Below are positions 9,701 to 19,532 of a DNA stretch of 64,000 bases, piece by piece. The notes beneath the pieces are model-generated. The model saw only the letters and a program-made list of their open reading frames with translations. It searched no databases and was not told the origin of the DNA. The stretch lies in contig NZ_CAURVV010000001.1 in assembly GCF_963528315.1 (NCBI RefSeq), positions 13,464 to 77,463 on the forward strand, in the 5' to 3' direction. The translations under genes were made by a program, and so were the position numbers. This stretch comes from an uncultured Granulicatella sp. (GTDB taxonomy: Bacteria > Bacillota > Bacilli > Lactobacillales > Aerococcaceae). Numbering within the stretch: position 1 is the stretch's first letter; every line of letters begins with the position of its first letter.

Positions 9701-10147
9701 ATGAGTAAAACAAAATTTCGCTCTTTAGGTGTAGGTTTCCTTTTATCAGCAATTTTCTTAGCTTTAGCAACTGTGGCATGGCCATTTGTTCCTGAATCAT
9801 TTAAAAGTCAATTAGATAGTGTTCATTTACCATTAGTAACAGACACTGTGAAAACGACTGAAGAAACAACAGCAGCTACAACTCAAGCTACACAGACAAC
9901 TGAAACAACTACTAAAACAACTGCTAAAGTTGCAGATAAACCTGTAACGATTACAGTTGAAAGTGGAGAAGTTTCAAGTGATGTTGCTCGTAAATTAAAA
10001 GAAGCAGGAGTTATCACTGATTCTAAAGCATTTGTAGATTATTTATTAGAAAATAATATTGCAGAAAATATTTTGGCAGGAACATTTGAAATCCAACCAA
10101 ATAGTAGTTTTGAAGAAATTGCTCGTACAATTGGAGCTTTACGTTAA
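9701..10147 (+). CDS. Membrane-anchored protein carrying only the N-terminal LysM-like domain of MltG/YceG
   Basis: TM helix, Thr-rich linker, then VTITVESGEVSSDVARKLKEAGVI...LAGTFEIQPNSSFEEIARTI, which resembles the MltG N-domain. No catalytic domain is present. Confidence 0.5.
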   Translation: MSKTKFRSLGVGFLLSAIFLALATVAWPFVPESFKSQLDSVHLPLVTDTVKTTEETTAATTQATQTTETTTKTTAKVADKPVTITVESGEVSSDVARKLKEAGVITDSKAFVDYLLENNIAENILAGTFEIQPNSSFEEIARTIGALR

Positions 10148-10158
10148 TCTATAAAAAT

Positions 10159-10200
10159 AAGAGGTAGACACTTGAAAATAGTGTTTACCTCTTTTCTTGT
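10159..10200. terminator. Bidirectional intrinsic terminator
   Basis: aagaggtagacac / gtgtttacctctt 13-bp stem flanked by A- and T-runs, lying between convergent genes. Confidence 0.65.
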
Positions 10201-10201
10201 T

Positions 10202-11104
10202 TTAGGTTGAAGATTTTCTCATCCAGATTAGATAACTAAATAAGACGAAGATTAAGATTGTTAAGCTAATGAGTATTTCAATCGTAACGAATAAATTCAA
10301 TAGAGAAATTTGTAAAATTCCTTGAGCCATTTTCAGTGAAGTTGCTGTAACAATGGTTGGGAATGTTAAAGCTGAAAATGCGGGTTGAAATCCTTGTTTT
10401 AAAATTTGCGGTAAGCGACTCAAGACTAAAAAGAAAAATATTTGAGATGAGATGATCATCAAGATGATAGAGTATGTTAATAATTGATGTCCACCTACAC
10501 GTACGAGTGAAGCTAGTAGTAAGGAAAATGGAGCACAATAAATTCCTTCTTGTCCTAATAATTCAACTGGTAGTGGTTTTTTCTTCAAATCTAGATAAAT
10601 GCGTGGATATAAATAAAACGTTAAGATAAAGCCGAAAATAATCGTTGCATAGGCAATTTCAATGATTCCTACAACAGGATAAGTGAGTGCTGCTACTGCA
10701 ATACCGACATATAATACTGTCCAAGATGGTGTTGCGTAAATTTTTTCTTTAGATTTCAATAATAGAATCGTAAAATAAGTAATTAGTCCAATATCTAATA
10801 GGAATGAGAACCACCAAAGAACTTGTGCTAAGAGAGGTACACTTGGAATTGTACGTAATAAATAAGTAGATAAAATCATTCCTGCCATAGGGAAAGTAGC
10901 CATTCCAGATAAAACAGGTGGTTTCTTTAATTCTTTCGTAGAATTTTGCCAATCGAATAAATGGGAAATCAAGAAGATAATCCATAATCCTAATCCAAGT
11001 ACACTAAACACATGGGATAATTCAGGTAAGGTGTCTGAGATAAGATTTCCAGCGCCTGCTAACCCAAGAAGGCAACCAGAAAATGCTAAAGGTAACTTTT
11101 TCAT
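10202..11104 (-). CDS. TDT (tellurite-resistance/dicarboxylate transporter, TehA-like) family transporter
   Basis: About 300 aa with 10 predicted TM segments. The ATG at 11104 is preceded by GGAGG. Confidence 0.65.
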   Translation of the reverse strand: MKKLPLAFSGCLLGLAGAGNLISDTLPELSHVFSVLGLGLWIIFLISHLFDWQNSTKELKKPPVLSGMATFPMAGMILSTYLLRTIPSVPLLAQVLWWFSFLLDIGLITYFTILLLKSKEKIYATPSWTVLYVGIAVAALTYPVVGIIEIAYATIIFGFILTFYLYPRIYLDLKKKPLPVELLGQEGIYCAPFSLLLASLVRVGGHQLLTYSIILMIISSQIFFFLVLSRLPQILKQGFQPAFSALTFPTIVTATSLKMAQGILQISLLNLFVTIEILISLTILIFVLFSYLIWMRKSST

Positions 11105-11265
11105 AAAATCCTCCAATAATCTTTTTGAGAAAAGTATAACATAAAAATGAATGAAGGAAAATTTAAATTTGAAAGGGGTTTAATAAACTGCTTAAAATTT
11201 GCACTTAATTAAGTTTAAATAATTTTAAATTCTGATAGAAATAGTACGAAACTAAACTTAAATTA

Positions 11266-11274
11266 TGCTATAAT
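11266..11274 (+). promoter_or_regulatory. Extended -10 element (TGCTATAAT)
   Basis: TGnTATAAT lies 35 nt upstream of the PBP start codon. Confidence 0.4.
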
Positions 11275-11308
11275 AGAGCAGTGAATATTAAAAGATGGAT
11301 GTGAATAC

Positions 11309-13549
11309 ATGATTAACAAAAGAAAGAATCGTCCTATAAAGAAAAAATCACATATTCCATTTCGATTAAATTTATTATTTTTTATCGTGTTTTTTTCATT
11401 TATGGCATTAATCGGACGATTAGCGTATGTTCAATTAGTCAAAGGAGATGACTTCATCGCCTTAGTGAAACGTACAGAAACTTCTACTGCAAAAAAAGCA
11501 GTTCCAAGGGGTTCTATCTATGATAGTAAAGGAAAAGTTTTAGTAGGAAATAAACCAAAATTAGCCGTTAATTTCACTCGTTCGTCAGATGCTACAACAG
11601 CGAGTATGTTGGAAACCGCTAAAAAATTAACGGAGTTTATTACAGTAGATACTAGTAAATTAAGAGAGAGAGATTTAAAAGATTATTGGTTTGCAACTCA
11701 TCCGGAGGAAGCTAGTAAGCTATTAACGGCAGAAGAGAAAAAGAAAGCATCCAAAGAAGGCTTATCGAATAGTAAGACTTATGAGATGCAGTTAGATCAT
11801 ATTACAGAAGAACAAATCAATTATTCTGATAGTGAAAAACAAGCAATTGCTATTTTTACGAAGATGAATAGTGCTTATGCCTTATCAACCGTTACGATTA
11901 AAAATGATTCTGTAACAGAACAAGAAGTTGCTCGAATTAGTGAACGTCTTGGAGAGTTAAAAGGGATTGACATTGATTCAGATTGGGATCGTGAATACCC
12001 AATGGGAGATATGTTGAAGACAATTCTAGGTTCTGTATCTTCTGAAACAACAGGTTTACCTTCTGATAGAGTGCGTTCTTTATTAACTCTAGGGTATTCA
12101 TTAAATGATCGTGTAGGTACAAGTTATTTAGAAGAACAATATGAATCAGTTTTAAGTGGAACAAAAACAGTGGTTCAAAGCCAAACGAATAATCGTGGAG
12201 AAGTGGTTAACCACGAAGAACGTTATGGTGGAAAAGCTGGTTCCAATTTAGTGATGACAATCGATACGGATTTTCAAAAGAAATTGGAAGATATTGTTAC
12301 TAAAGCTGTAGAAGGATTATCAGATGCCACTGCAGACCGAGTGTATGTTGTTGCAATGAATCCAAAATCCGGAGATGTTTTAGGAATTACTGGTAAAAAG
12401 AAAAAATATAATGAAAATTATCAAGTAACTGGAATTGAAGATGATGCCTTAGGAGCTATTAATGGTGCCTTTGGGATGGGGTCAGCTGTAAAAGCGGCAA
12501 CAGTTATTTCTGGATATATGGATGGAGTTATTACAAGAGAAGATAATACGCTTGTCGATGAACCAATTGAGTTTGAAGCTTCTGAACCGAAAAGTTCTGT
12601 ATTCAACCGTAATGGTAGTATTCCTTTAACAGATTTAGATGCGATTGAACGTTCTTCAAACGTTTATATGATTAAGTTAGCCATGAGAATGGGCGGACAA
12701 TATGAGTATAAAAAAGGTGGAAAATTAAATATTAATCTTAACGTATTTGATAAATTACGTGAGTATTATGCTCAATTTGGTTTAGGGGTACGTACTGGAA
12801 TTGATTTACCTAATGAAGGAAAAGGATATAATGGTGGTACAGGTGCTGCCTTCTCTGCACTGGACTTTGCGTTCGGTCAGTTTGACTTATATACGCCATT
12901 ACAATTAGCTCAATATATGGCTACTATTGCCAATGGTGGAACACGTATTGCACCTCGTTTAGTAAAAGAAATTCATTCAACAGGTAAAGATGGAGGAATT
13001 GGTGATTTAGAGACAGTTGTTCCAACAAAAATTATGAATTCTCTCCAAGTAGAAGCAGGATTAATTGATCATATTAAAGAGGGATTATATCGTGTAACGC
13101 ATGGAGCAAACGGAACTTCAGCTTATACGTTTAGAAATTATACGCCTTCTGTTTCTGGTAAAACAGGTACAGTAGAAGCGTTCTACGATGGACCATTACC
13201 ACAATTTAAACAAAAGGAAGTAGAAAATTCTACATTTGCTTCTTATGCACCTTCTGATAATCCAGAAATTGTTGTATCAGTTGTAGCACCATATTTTTCA
13301 AATGGAATTCCTGACGATTTTGCAGCCGGAATTACAAAACAAGTGTATGATGCATACTTCCATCAAGAAAGTTCAACTTCATCAACAAATTCTACAATTG
13401 CTAATGGACAAACAAATGCTCAAGCAGGAAATCGTTCAGCGCAACAAGCTGCAAATGCACAAGTCCAACAAAATAGTCAAGCAGCAACAGTAAGACAACA
13501 ACAAAATGCTACTGTTCCGGTAGCTCCAGTAAGAAGACAAGGACAATAA
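11309..13549 (+). CDS. Class B penicillin-binding protein (PBP2b/PBP2x-type transpeptidase) with Q/N/A-rich C-terminal tail
   Basis: N-terminal TM anchor, the SxxK motif (GSAVKAAT), SSN and KTG(T) (SGKTGT) motifs, and a 61-aa low-complexity tail. Confidence 0.85.
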   Translation: MINKRKNRPIKKKSHIPFRLNLLFFIVFFSFMALIGRLAYVQLVKGDDFIALVKRTETSTAKKAVPRGSIYDSKGKVLVGNKPKLAVNFTRSSDATTASMLETAKKLTEFITVDTSKLRERDLKDYWFATHPEEASKLLTAEEKKKASKEGLSNSKTYEMQLDHITEEQINYSDSEKQAIAIFTKMNSAYALSTVTIKNDSVTEQEVARISERLGELKGIDIDSDWDREYPMGDMLKTILGSVSSETTGLPSDRVRSLLTLGYSLNDRVGTSYLEEQYESVLSGTKTVVQSQTNNRGEVVNHEERYGGKAGSNLVMTIDTDFQKKLEDIVTKAVEGLSDATADRVYVVAMNPKSGDVLGITGKKKKYNENYQVTGIEDDALGAINGAFGMGSAVKAATVISGYMDGVITREDNTLVDEPIEFEASEPKSSVFNRNGSIPLTDLDAIERSSNVYMIKLAMRMGGQYEYKKGGKLNINLNVFDKLREYYAQFGLGVRTGIDLPNEGKGYNGGTGAAFSALDFAFGQFDLYTPLQLAQYMATIANGGTRIAPRLVKEIHSTGKDGGIGDLETVVPTKIMNSLQVEAGLIDHIKEGLYRVTHGANGTSAYTFRNYTPSVSGKTGTVEAFYDGPLPQFKQKEVENSTFASYAPSDNPEIVVSVVAPYFSNGIPDDFAAGITKQVYDAYFHQESSTSSTNSTIANGQTNAQAGNRSAQQAANAQVQQNSQAATVRQQQNATVPVAPVRRQGQ

Positions 13550-13554
13550 TGGTA

Positions 13555-13590
13555 AAAAAGGACTTTTGAATTTTCAAAAGCCTTTTTTTA
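13555..13590 (+). terminator. Intrinsic terminator after the PBP gene
   Basis: aaaaaggacttttgaa / ttttcaaaagcc hairpin followed by TTTTTTT. Confidence 0.7.
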
Positions 13591-13618
13591 TTGCTAAATT
13601 GAATAGACAAGATATAAT
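13591..13618 (+). promoter_or_regulatory. Sigma-A type promoter
   Basis: TTGCTA, a 16-nt spacer, then TATAAT, immediately upstream of the NUDIX gene RBS. Confidence 0.5.
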
Positions 13619-13638
13619 AGTATTAAGGAGGCTTATTT

Positions 13639-14178
13639 ATGAATGATTTTACAGAAGTAACCGTACAAAAAGAAGTGAAATACCAAGGTGGTATTTTTAC
13701 AGTTGAACACCATGTAGTATCTCTTCCAAATGGTAAACAATCAACAAGAGATATTGTTTTACATAATGGAGCAGTAGCAGTTCTTGTTGTTCATGAAGGA
13801 AAGATTTTATTAGTTCGTCAATATCGTAAAGCCATTGAAGCTCATACATTAGAAATTCCAGCTGGTAAATTAGACCACGATGGAGAAAGCCCATTAGAAG
13901 CAGCCAAAAGAGAGTTAGAAGAAGAGGCACAATTAAGTGCAAATGAATGGAAAAAAGTAGTTGATTTAGTACCAACTCCTGGATATTGTAATGAAAAGAT
14001 TCATTTGTATGAAGCAAAGGGAATTCAGCATTTAGAGAATGCTGCACCATTAGATGAAGATGAATTTGTTTCAATTGAGTGGATTCCAGTGGAAGAACTG
14101 ATTCAAAAAATCCATAACGGAGAAATTACTGATGCAAAAACGATTATTGCTGTTCAATATGCAGCATTGCATCAATAG
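13639..14178 (+). CDS. NUDIX hydrolase (ADP-ribose pyrophosphatase-like)
   Basis: Nudix box GKLDHDGESPLEAAKRELEEEAQL. Confidence 0.8.
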   Translation: MNDFTEVTVQKEVKYQGGIFTVEHHVVSLPNGKQSTRDIVLHNGAVAVLVVHEGKILLVRQYRKAIEAHTLEIPAGKLDHDGESPLEAAKRELEEEAQLSANEWKKVVDLVPTPGYCNEKIHLYEAKGIQHLENAAPLDEDEFVSIEWIPVEELIQKIHNGEITDAKTIIAVQYAALHQ

Positions 14179-14186
14179 GAGAAAAT

Positions 14187-14396
14187 ATGTCGAAAGAACC
14201 ATTATTAACACGAAAAGCTTTGAGAGAACATGTAGTAGAGCAAAAAAGGTCTCAAAATAGTGAAGAGATTGAATGGAATGATTCACCAGTTCCTAAAAAG
14301 CCTTTTTTAGAAAGATATAATCGCTTTTTAACGATTTGGATGATTGCGATGATTGTACTCATTATTGTAGCAATTGGTGTTCAAATCTTCTTATAA
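14187..14396 (+). CDS. Small tail-anchored membrane protein
   Basis: 69 aa with a charged N-terminus and one C-terminal TM helix. It starts 8 nt after the NUDIX stop. Confidence 0.4.
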   Translation: MSKEPLLTRKALREHVVEQKRSQNSEEIEWNDSPVPKKPFLERYNRFLTIWMIAMIVLIIVAIGVQIFL

Positions 14397-14427
14397 TGGA
14401 TTGTTGTGCTGAATGCTAGGTTAGGGC

Positions 14428-14456
14428 TAGACAATTCATAAGAGCTTTGATAAAAT
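14428..14456 (+). promoter_or_regulatory. Candidate promoter of the pheST leader
   Basis: TAGACA, a 17-nt spacer, then TAAAAT. Confidence 0.35.
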
Positions 14457-14459
14457 AAC

Positions 14460-14714
14460 ACATATATTTAAAGACATTGATGGAAAAGGGTTATAGAAAT
14501 TTTCATTATTAGGGAGAAAGGTCAGCGACTGAAAGCCTTTCATGAAAATCTACAGCTTTTCACTTCCGAAGTCGCCATTGGGATTCGATAGATGAATAAT
14601 GGATCGGTTCGTTACCGTTAATAACGCCGAGTGCCTGCAATGCAGGAATGAGGGTGGTACCGCGATAAATTTCGTCCCTTACAATTTTTAGGAATTGTAA
14701 GGGACTTTTTGTTT
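14460..14714 (+). promoter_or_regulatory. T-box leader (Phe specifier) with terminator
   Basis: Canonical T-box sequence AATGAGGGTGGTACCGCG at 14647-14664. A terminator hairpin gtcccttacaatt/aattgtaagggac plus T-run lies at 14674-14714. A candidate UUC specifier is at 14564-14566. Confidence 0.85.
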
Positions 14715-14742
14715 ATGAAAATGATTTATAGGAGGAAATAAA

Positions 14743-15792
14743 ATGAATTTAGCAGAAATGAAACAACAATTTGATGCGATTCGTCAAGATGTATTAGCTG
14801 CATTAGAAACAGTTCAAACGTTAAAAGAAGTTGAGCAAATTCGTGTGCAACAATTAGGAAAAAAAGGACCTATTACAGAAGTTCTAAAAAATATTAAAAA
14901 TATCGTTCCAGAAGAACGTCCACAAGTAGGAGCGTTAGCAAACGAATTACGTAGTATAATTGAAGAAAAAATTACAAGTATTAAAGCTGACTTAGAAGCA
15001 AAAGCATTGGTGGAATCTTTACGTAAAGAAACAATCGATGTTACAATGCCAGGTCGTCCAATGACAGTCGGTACAAAACACGTATTAAGTCACGTGAGTG
15101 ATGAAGTAGAAGATTTCTTCATTGGATTAGGATACCAAGTAGTAGAAGGTCCAGAAGTAGAATCAGATCACTATAACTTCGAAATGATGAACTTACCAAA
15201 AGATCATCCAGCTCGTGATATGCAAGATACATTTTATATTACACCAGAGTATTTATTACGTACGCAAACTTCACCAGTTCAAGCACGAACAATGGAAAAA
15301 CATGATTTTTCTAAAGGGCCATTAAAAATGATTAGTCCAGGACGTGTATTTAGACGTGATAATGATGATGCAACTCACTCACATCAATTCTATCAGATTG
15401 AAGGATTAGTAATTGATAAACATATTACAATGGCGGACTTAAAAGGGACATTAGCTGCATTTGCCAAAGAATTATTTGGTCAAGAACGTGAAGTTCGTTT
15501 ACGTCCAAGTTACTTCCCATTTACAGAACCTTCTTTAGAAGTAGATATTAGCTGTTTCAAATGCGGTGGACAAGGCTGTTCAATTTGTAAAGGAACAGGT
15601 TGGATTGAAATTTTAGGTTCAGGGATGGTTCATCCAAACGTATTAGAAGCTGCTGGAGTAGATTCAAGCGTTTATGGTGGATTTGCCTTTGGATTAGGAC
15701 AAGACCGTATTGCAATGTTGAAATATGGAATCGAAGATATTCGTTCACTTTATACGAATGATGTTCGTTTCTTAAATCAATTTACGAAGTAA
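14743..15792 (+). CDS. pheS: Phenylalanine--tRNA ligase alpha subunit
   Basis: 349 aa with class II aaRS motifs ([32 protein letters not shown]). Confidence 0.97.
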   Translation: MNLAEMKQQFDAIRQDVLAALETVQTLKEVEQIRVQQLGKKGPITEVLKNIKNIVPEERPQVGALANELRSIIEEKITSIKADLEAKALVESLRKETIDVTMPGRPMTVGTKHVLSHVSDEVEDFFIGLGYQVVEGPEVESDHYNFEMMNLPKDHPARDMQDTFYITPEYLLRTQTSPVQARTMEKHDFSKGPLKMISPGRVFRRDNDDATHSHQFYQIEGLVIDKHITMADLKGTLAAFAKELFGQEREVRLRPSYFPFTEPSLEVDISCFKCGGQGCSICKGTGWIEILGSGMVHPNVLEAAGVDSSVYGGFAFGLGQDRIAMLKYGIEDIRSLYTNDVRFLNQFTK

Positions 15793-15804
15793 GGAGAAGA
15801 GAAT

Positions 15805-18225
15805 ATGAAATTATCGTATGAATGGTTAAATGAATATTTAGATTTAAGTTCAATTACTCCTCAAGAATTAGGGGAAAAAATGTCACGTACTGGGATTGAG
15901 GTAGATAGTGTATCTGTTCCAGGTGAAGGACTAAGTGGTTTAGTCGTAGGTCGTGCATTAGAAGTAGTGGATCATCCAGATTCAGATCATTTACATGTCG
16001 TAACCGTAGATGTTGCTGAAGAAGAACCATTACAAATCGTTTGTGGTGCACCAAATATTGCTAAAGGACAAAAAATTATCGTAGCGACTCATGGAGCACG
16101 TATTGCTGGTGGTCATAAAATTAAACGTGGAAAATTAAGAGGAGTAGAGTCTCAAGGGATGATTTGTTCTCTTCAAGAATTAGGGCTTCCTTCTTCATTA
16201 GTACCAAAAGAATATGAGCAAGGCATTTACGTATTTGAAGATGATGCGATTAAAGTTGGAATGGATGCTGTTAAAGCATTAGCATTAGATAGTGCGATTG
16301 TGGAATTAGACATTACAGCGAACCGTGCAGATGCTTTAAGTATGAGAGGTTCTGTTCATGAAATTGGTGCTATTTATAATTTAGAAAATACATTAACACC
16401 AGATGAATTTTTAGAAGGTGGGTCGTCTTCATTAGAATCATGGATGACAGTATCGGTTGAAGATGAAGTAGATGCTCCAGCTTATCATTTACAAATTATT
16501 AAAAATGTGACCGTAAAACCAAGTCCACAATGGATGCAAAATCGATTAATCGCTGCAGGTGTTCGTCCAATTAATAACATCGTCGACGTTACAAACTATG
16601 TTTTAATGGAATATGGACAACCGTTACATGCATTTGACTATGATCGTTTAAATTCAAAACAAATTCATGTTCGTCGTGCAAAAGATGGAGAAACATTAGT
16701 AACATTAGATGGTGTTGAGCGTACATTAAGTAATGAAATTGTCATTACAGATGGAGAAAAACCAGTTGCCTTAGCTGGTGTAATGGGCGGATTAGATTCA
16801 GAAATTATTGAAACTACAACAACTGTTGCATTAGAATCAGCATTATTTGATCCAAAATCTATTCGTTTAGCTTCTCAAAAACATAATTTAAGAAGTGAAT
16901 CAAGCAGCCGTTTTGAAAAAGGAATTAATAAAGCGACTATTTTACAAGCTGGTAAGAGAGCTGCAGCATTAATTGCTGAATTAGGAGATGGTGAACTAGT
17001 TGAAGGAGTAGCTTCTGCTCAATCACTAACATTAGAGTTACCAGTAGTTTCTATTTCATTAGAACGCTTAAACCATGTTTTAGGAACTAGCCTTTCAACA
17101 GAAGAGGTATTACAAGTATTTAAACAATTAGCTTATCCAACAAAAGAAGAACAAGGAGTATTCCATGTAACAGTTCCTGCGTGGAGATTTGATATTTCGA
17201 TTGAAGCAGATTTAGTCGAAGAAGTTGGACGTATTTATGGATATGATAAAATACCTTCAACATTACCGACAACTGCAAGTACTCAAGGTGGATTAAATGA
17301 GAAACAACGTTTTGTTCGTTGGACACGTCAATTTATGCAAGGAGCAGGTTTATCACAAGCTTATTCTTATGCATTAACAACTCCTGAAAAATCTCATTGG
17401 TTTACAGTAGAAGAAAGACCAAGTATTCGTTTAGATTTACCAATGAGTGAAGAGAGAAGTGAATTAAGACAATCAATGCTACCAAGCTTACTTGAAGCAT
17501 TACAATATAATGTCGCTCGTTCTCAACAAAATGTTCGTTTATTTGAAGTTGGGAAAGTATTCTCTATTGGTAATAATGGTTCTGAAGATTTCCAAGAAAG
17601 AGAAGTTATCGGAGCTGCAGTAACAGGAGAATGGGGACATGCTTCATGGCAATCACCAGCACAACCTGTTGATTTCTTCGCATTAAAAGGAGTATTAGAA
17701 GCTTATTTTGCAGAATTAAACTGTAATGATCGTATTCGTTTTGTTGCAACAGATGCAATTCAACAATTACATCCAGGACAAACAGCTTATATTTATTTAG
17801 GCGAAGAATTAGTTGGATTTATTGGAAAAATTCATCCAGTGATTCAAAAAGAATTAGATTTATCGGATACATTTGTATTTGAATTATTAGTGGAACCTTT
17901 ATTAGTTGAAGGATTACAAGAACGTGTGATTCAATCTGTACCAAAATTCCCATCAATGACACGTGATATTGCGTTATTAGTTCCTGTTACAATGGCACAT
18001 GCAACATTAGAGTCAGTGATTAAAAAAAATGCAGGTCAATATTTACAATCAGTTACTTTATTTGATGTATATAAAGGGGAACATGTACAAGAAGGTTACC
18101 AATCATTAGCTTATTCGATTCGTTTCTTAAATAAGGAAGCTACTTTACAAGAGGAAGAAATTAAACAAGCAATGGATCGTATCCAAACAGCCTTAGTTGC
18201 ATTAGAGGATGTAACCATTCGTTAA
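15805..18225 (+). CDS. pheT: Phenylalanine--tRNA ligase beta subunit
   Basis: 806 aa with N-terminal MKLSYEWLNEYLDL and the tRNA-binding, B3/4, B5 and FDX-ACB domain order. Confidence 0.97.
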   Translation: MKLSYEWLNEYLDLSSITPQELGEKMSRTGIEVDSVSVPGEGLSGLVVGRALEVVDHPDSDHLHVVTVDVAEEEPLQIVCGAPNIAKGQKIIVATHGARIAGGHKIKRGKLRGVESQGMICSLQELGLPSSLVPKEYEQGIYVFEDDAIKVGMDAVKALALDSAIVELDITANRADALSMRGSVHEIGAIYNLENTLTPDEFLEGGSSSLESWMTVSVEDEVDAPAYHLQIIKNVTVKPSPQWMQNRLIAAGVRPINNIVDVTNYVLMEYGQPLHAFDYDRLNSKQIHVRRAKDGETLVTLDGVERTLSNEIVITDGEKPVALAGVMGGLDSEIIETTTTVALESALFDPKSIRLASQKHNLRSESSSRFEKGINKATILQAGKRAAALIAELGDGELVEGVASAQSLTLELPVVSISLERLNHVLGTSLSTEEVLQVFKQLAYPTKEEQGVFHVTVPAWRFDISIEADLVEEVGRIYGYDKIPSTLPTTASTQGGLNEKQRFVRWTRQFMQGAGLSQAYSYALTTPEKSHWFTVEERPSIRLDLPMSEERSELRQSMLPSLLEALQYNVARSQQNVRLFEVGKVFSIGNNGSEDFQEREVIGAAVTGEWGHASWQSPAQPVDFFALKGVLEAYFAELNCNDRIRFVATDAIQQLHPGQTAYIYLGEELVGFIGKIHPVIQKELDLSDTFVFELLVEPLLVEGLQERVIQSVPKFPSMTRDIALLVPVTMAHATLESVIKKNAGQYLQSVTLFDVYKGEHVQEGYQSLAYSIRFLNKEATLQEEEIKQAMDRIQTALVALEDVTIR

Positions 18226-18229
18226 GGCG

Positions 18230-18396
18230 CTACGGAATAAAAGAATTTCCTTACGTAGTAAGGTCGCCAGCAGCCTCGCTCTGCGAGTCTCATGGCTAAA
18301 ATTCGAGCCTCGGTCTCGAATTTTTCCTACAAAAAAAGCCAGAAATTTTCTGGCTTTTTTTGTTTTTACTACGAAGGAAATTCTTTTATTCCTTCG
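18230..18396 (+). repeat. Structured intergenic repeat, long form, copy 4
   Basis: Starts 5 nt after the pheT stop. Core GGTCGCCAGCAG. Hairpin 2 carries the compensated variant aattcgag/ctcgaatt. Hairpin 3 (aaaaaaagccagaaattttctggcttttttt) looks like a bidirectional terminator. Confidence 0.9.
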
Positions 18397-18558
18397 CTTG
18401 TAACGTTGAAAGAAAGAACTTTCTTTGTCTGTGTCTTTAATTTTCTTTAAATAAAAAAATATTTTTCCGCCTTTTTTTCGTATATATAAGTGAAGTGTAA
18501 TTTCTAGTGAAAAGTCAATGGAAGATACTTTCAAACAATAGAGAGAGGATGAAATTAT

Positions 18559-19446
18559 ATGAAAGAGAGAATTGAAGGTGCAAGACCAATGATGGATTTA
18601 ATGGCAAAGAAGATATTTAGTAATACGGAAATTACTACGCAATTTATACGAGACATATTTGATTTACCTGTCGAACAAGTAAAAATTTTAGAAAGTACAC
18701 AAATACACGAGTTTTATTTGGATGAATTTCCATTTTCCACCCATATTGATGTTTTGGCAGAATTGGATGATCAAACACAAATTATTATTGAAATACAATT
18801 AGCTCTACAAATTGACTTTATCAAGCGTTTGTGTTTATATTTATGTGAACAAGTTTCTAAAAATATGAATACGCATAAAAAAGATGGCACACAAACCTAT
18901 CATCTCGCAAAGGAAATGATTCCAGTATATGCCATTGCGATTACACAGGAACGATATTTTGAAGATGATCGAATGTATCATTCATTTAGCTTAAGAGATG
19001 ATGATTCTTACGAAGAATTAAAAGTATATTTTAAAGGAATCAAAGAAAAGCGTAACTTAATGCGTATGGCATTTTTAGAATTAGATAAATATGATCCAAC
19101 TAAAATAAAACATTATAGAAAAGTTCGATGGATTGAGTTTTTTGGTAACAAACCTTATACACAAAATCCAGAGGCAATACTAGAAACAGCAGATATGATT
19201 ATGAATCGAACCGGCTGGACAGAGGAGGAACGAACGATGTATGATGATCGAACAAGAAAATTAGATGGCTACTATGCCCATTTAGAGTATGTCGCAGAAG
19301 AAAAAGAACTAGCAAGAATGGAAGGTATATCAGAAGGTGCCATTACAACTATTGTTAGCTTAATCAAAGATGGAATCCTCACAATTGAAAGTGGGGCAAA
19401 GAGATTAAACATGTCAGAATCAGAATTAACTTCGTACTTATCATAA
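18559..19446 (+). CDS. Rpn family recombination-promoting nuclease / putative transposase (PD-(D/E)XK, YhgA-like), copy 1
   Basis: N-terminal MMDLMAKKIFSN...FIRDIFDLP and the IIIEIQ motif are typical of the Rpn/YhgA family. It is a paralog of 45119..46063. Confidence 0.7.
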   Translation: MKERIEGARPMMDLMAKKIFSNTEITTQFIRDIFDLPVEQVKILESTQIHEFYLDEFPFSTHIDVLAELDDQTQIIIEIQLALQIDFIKRLCLYLCEQVSKNMNTHKKDGTQTYHLAKEMIPVYAIAITQERYFEDDRMYHSFSLRDDDSYEELKVYFKGIKEKRNLMRMAFLELDKYDPTKIKHYRKVRWIEFFGNKPYTQNPEAILETADMIMNRTGWTEEERTMYDDRTRKLDGYYAHLEYVAEEKELARMEGISEGAITTIVSLIKDGILTIESGAKRLNMSESELTSYLS

Positions 19447-19450
19447 AAAT

Positions 19451-19499
19451 AAAAAGTTGTTACATCCTTATTAGTAGATAAGGAGTAACAACTTTTTTT
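19451..19499. terminator. Bidirectional intrinsic terminator
   Basis: aaaaagttgttac...gtaacaacttttttt long hairpin between convergent genes. Confidence 0.7.
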
Positions 19500-19532
19500 G
19501 TCAAACAAGCAAAGAAAATTTTTATTCGTTCT

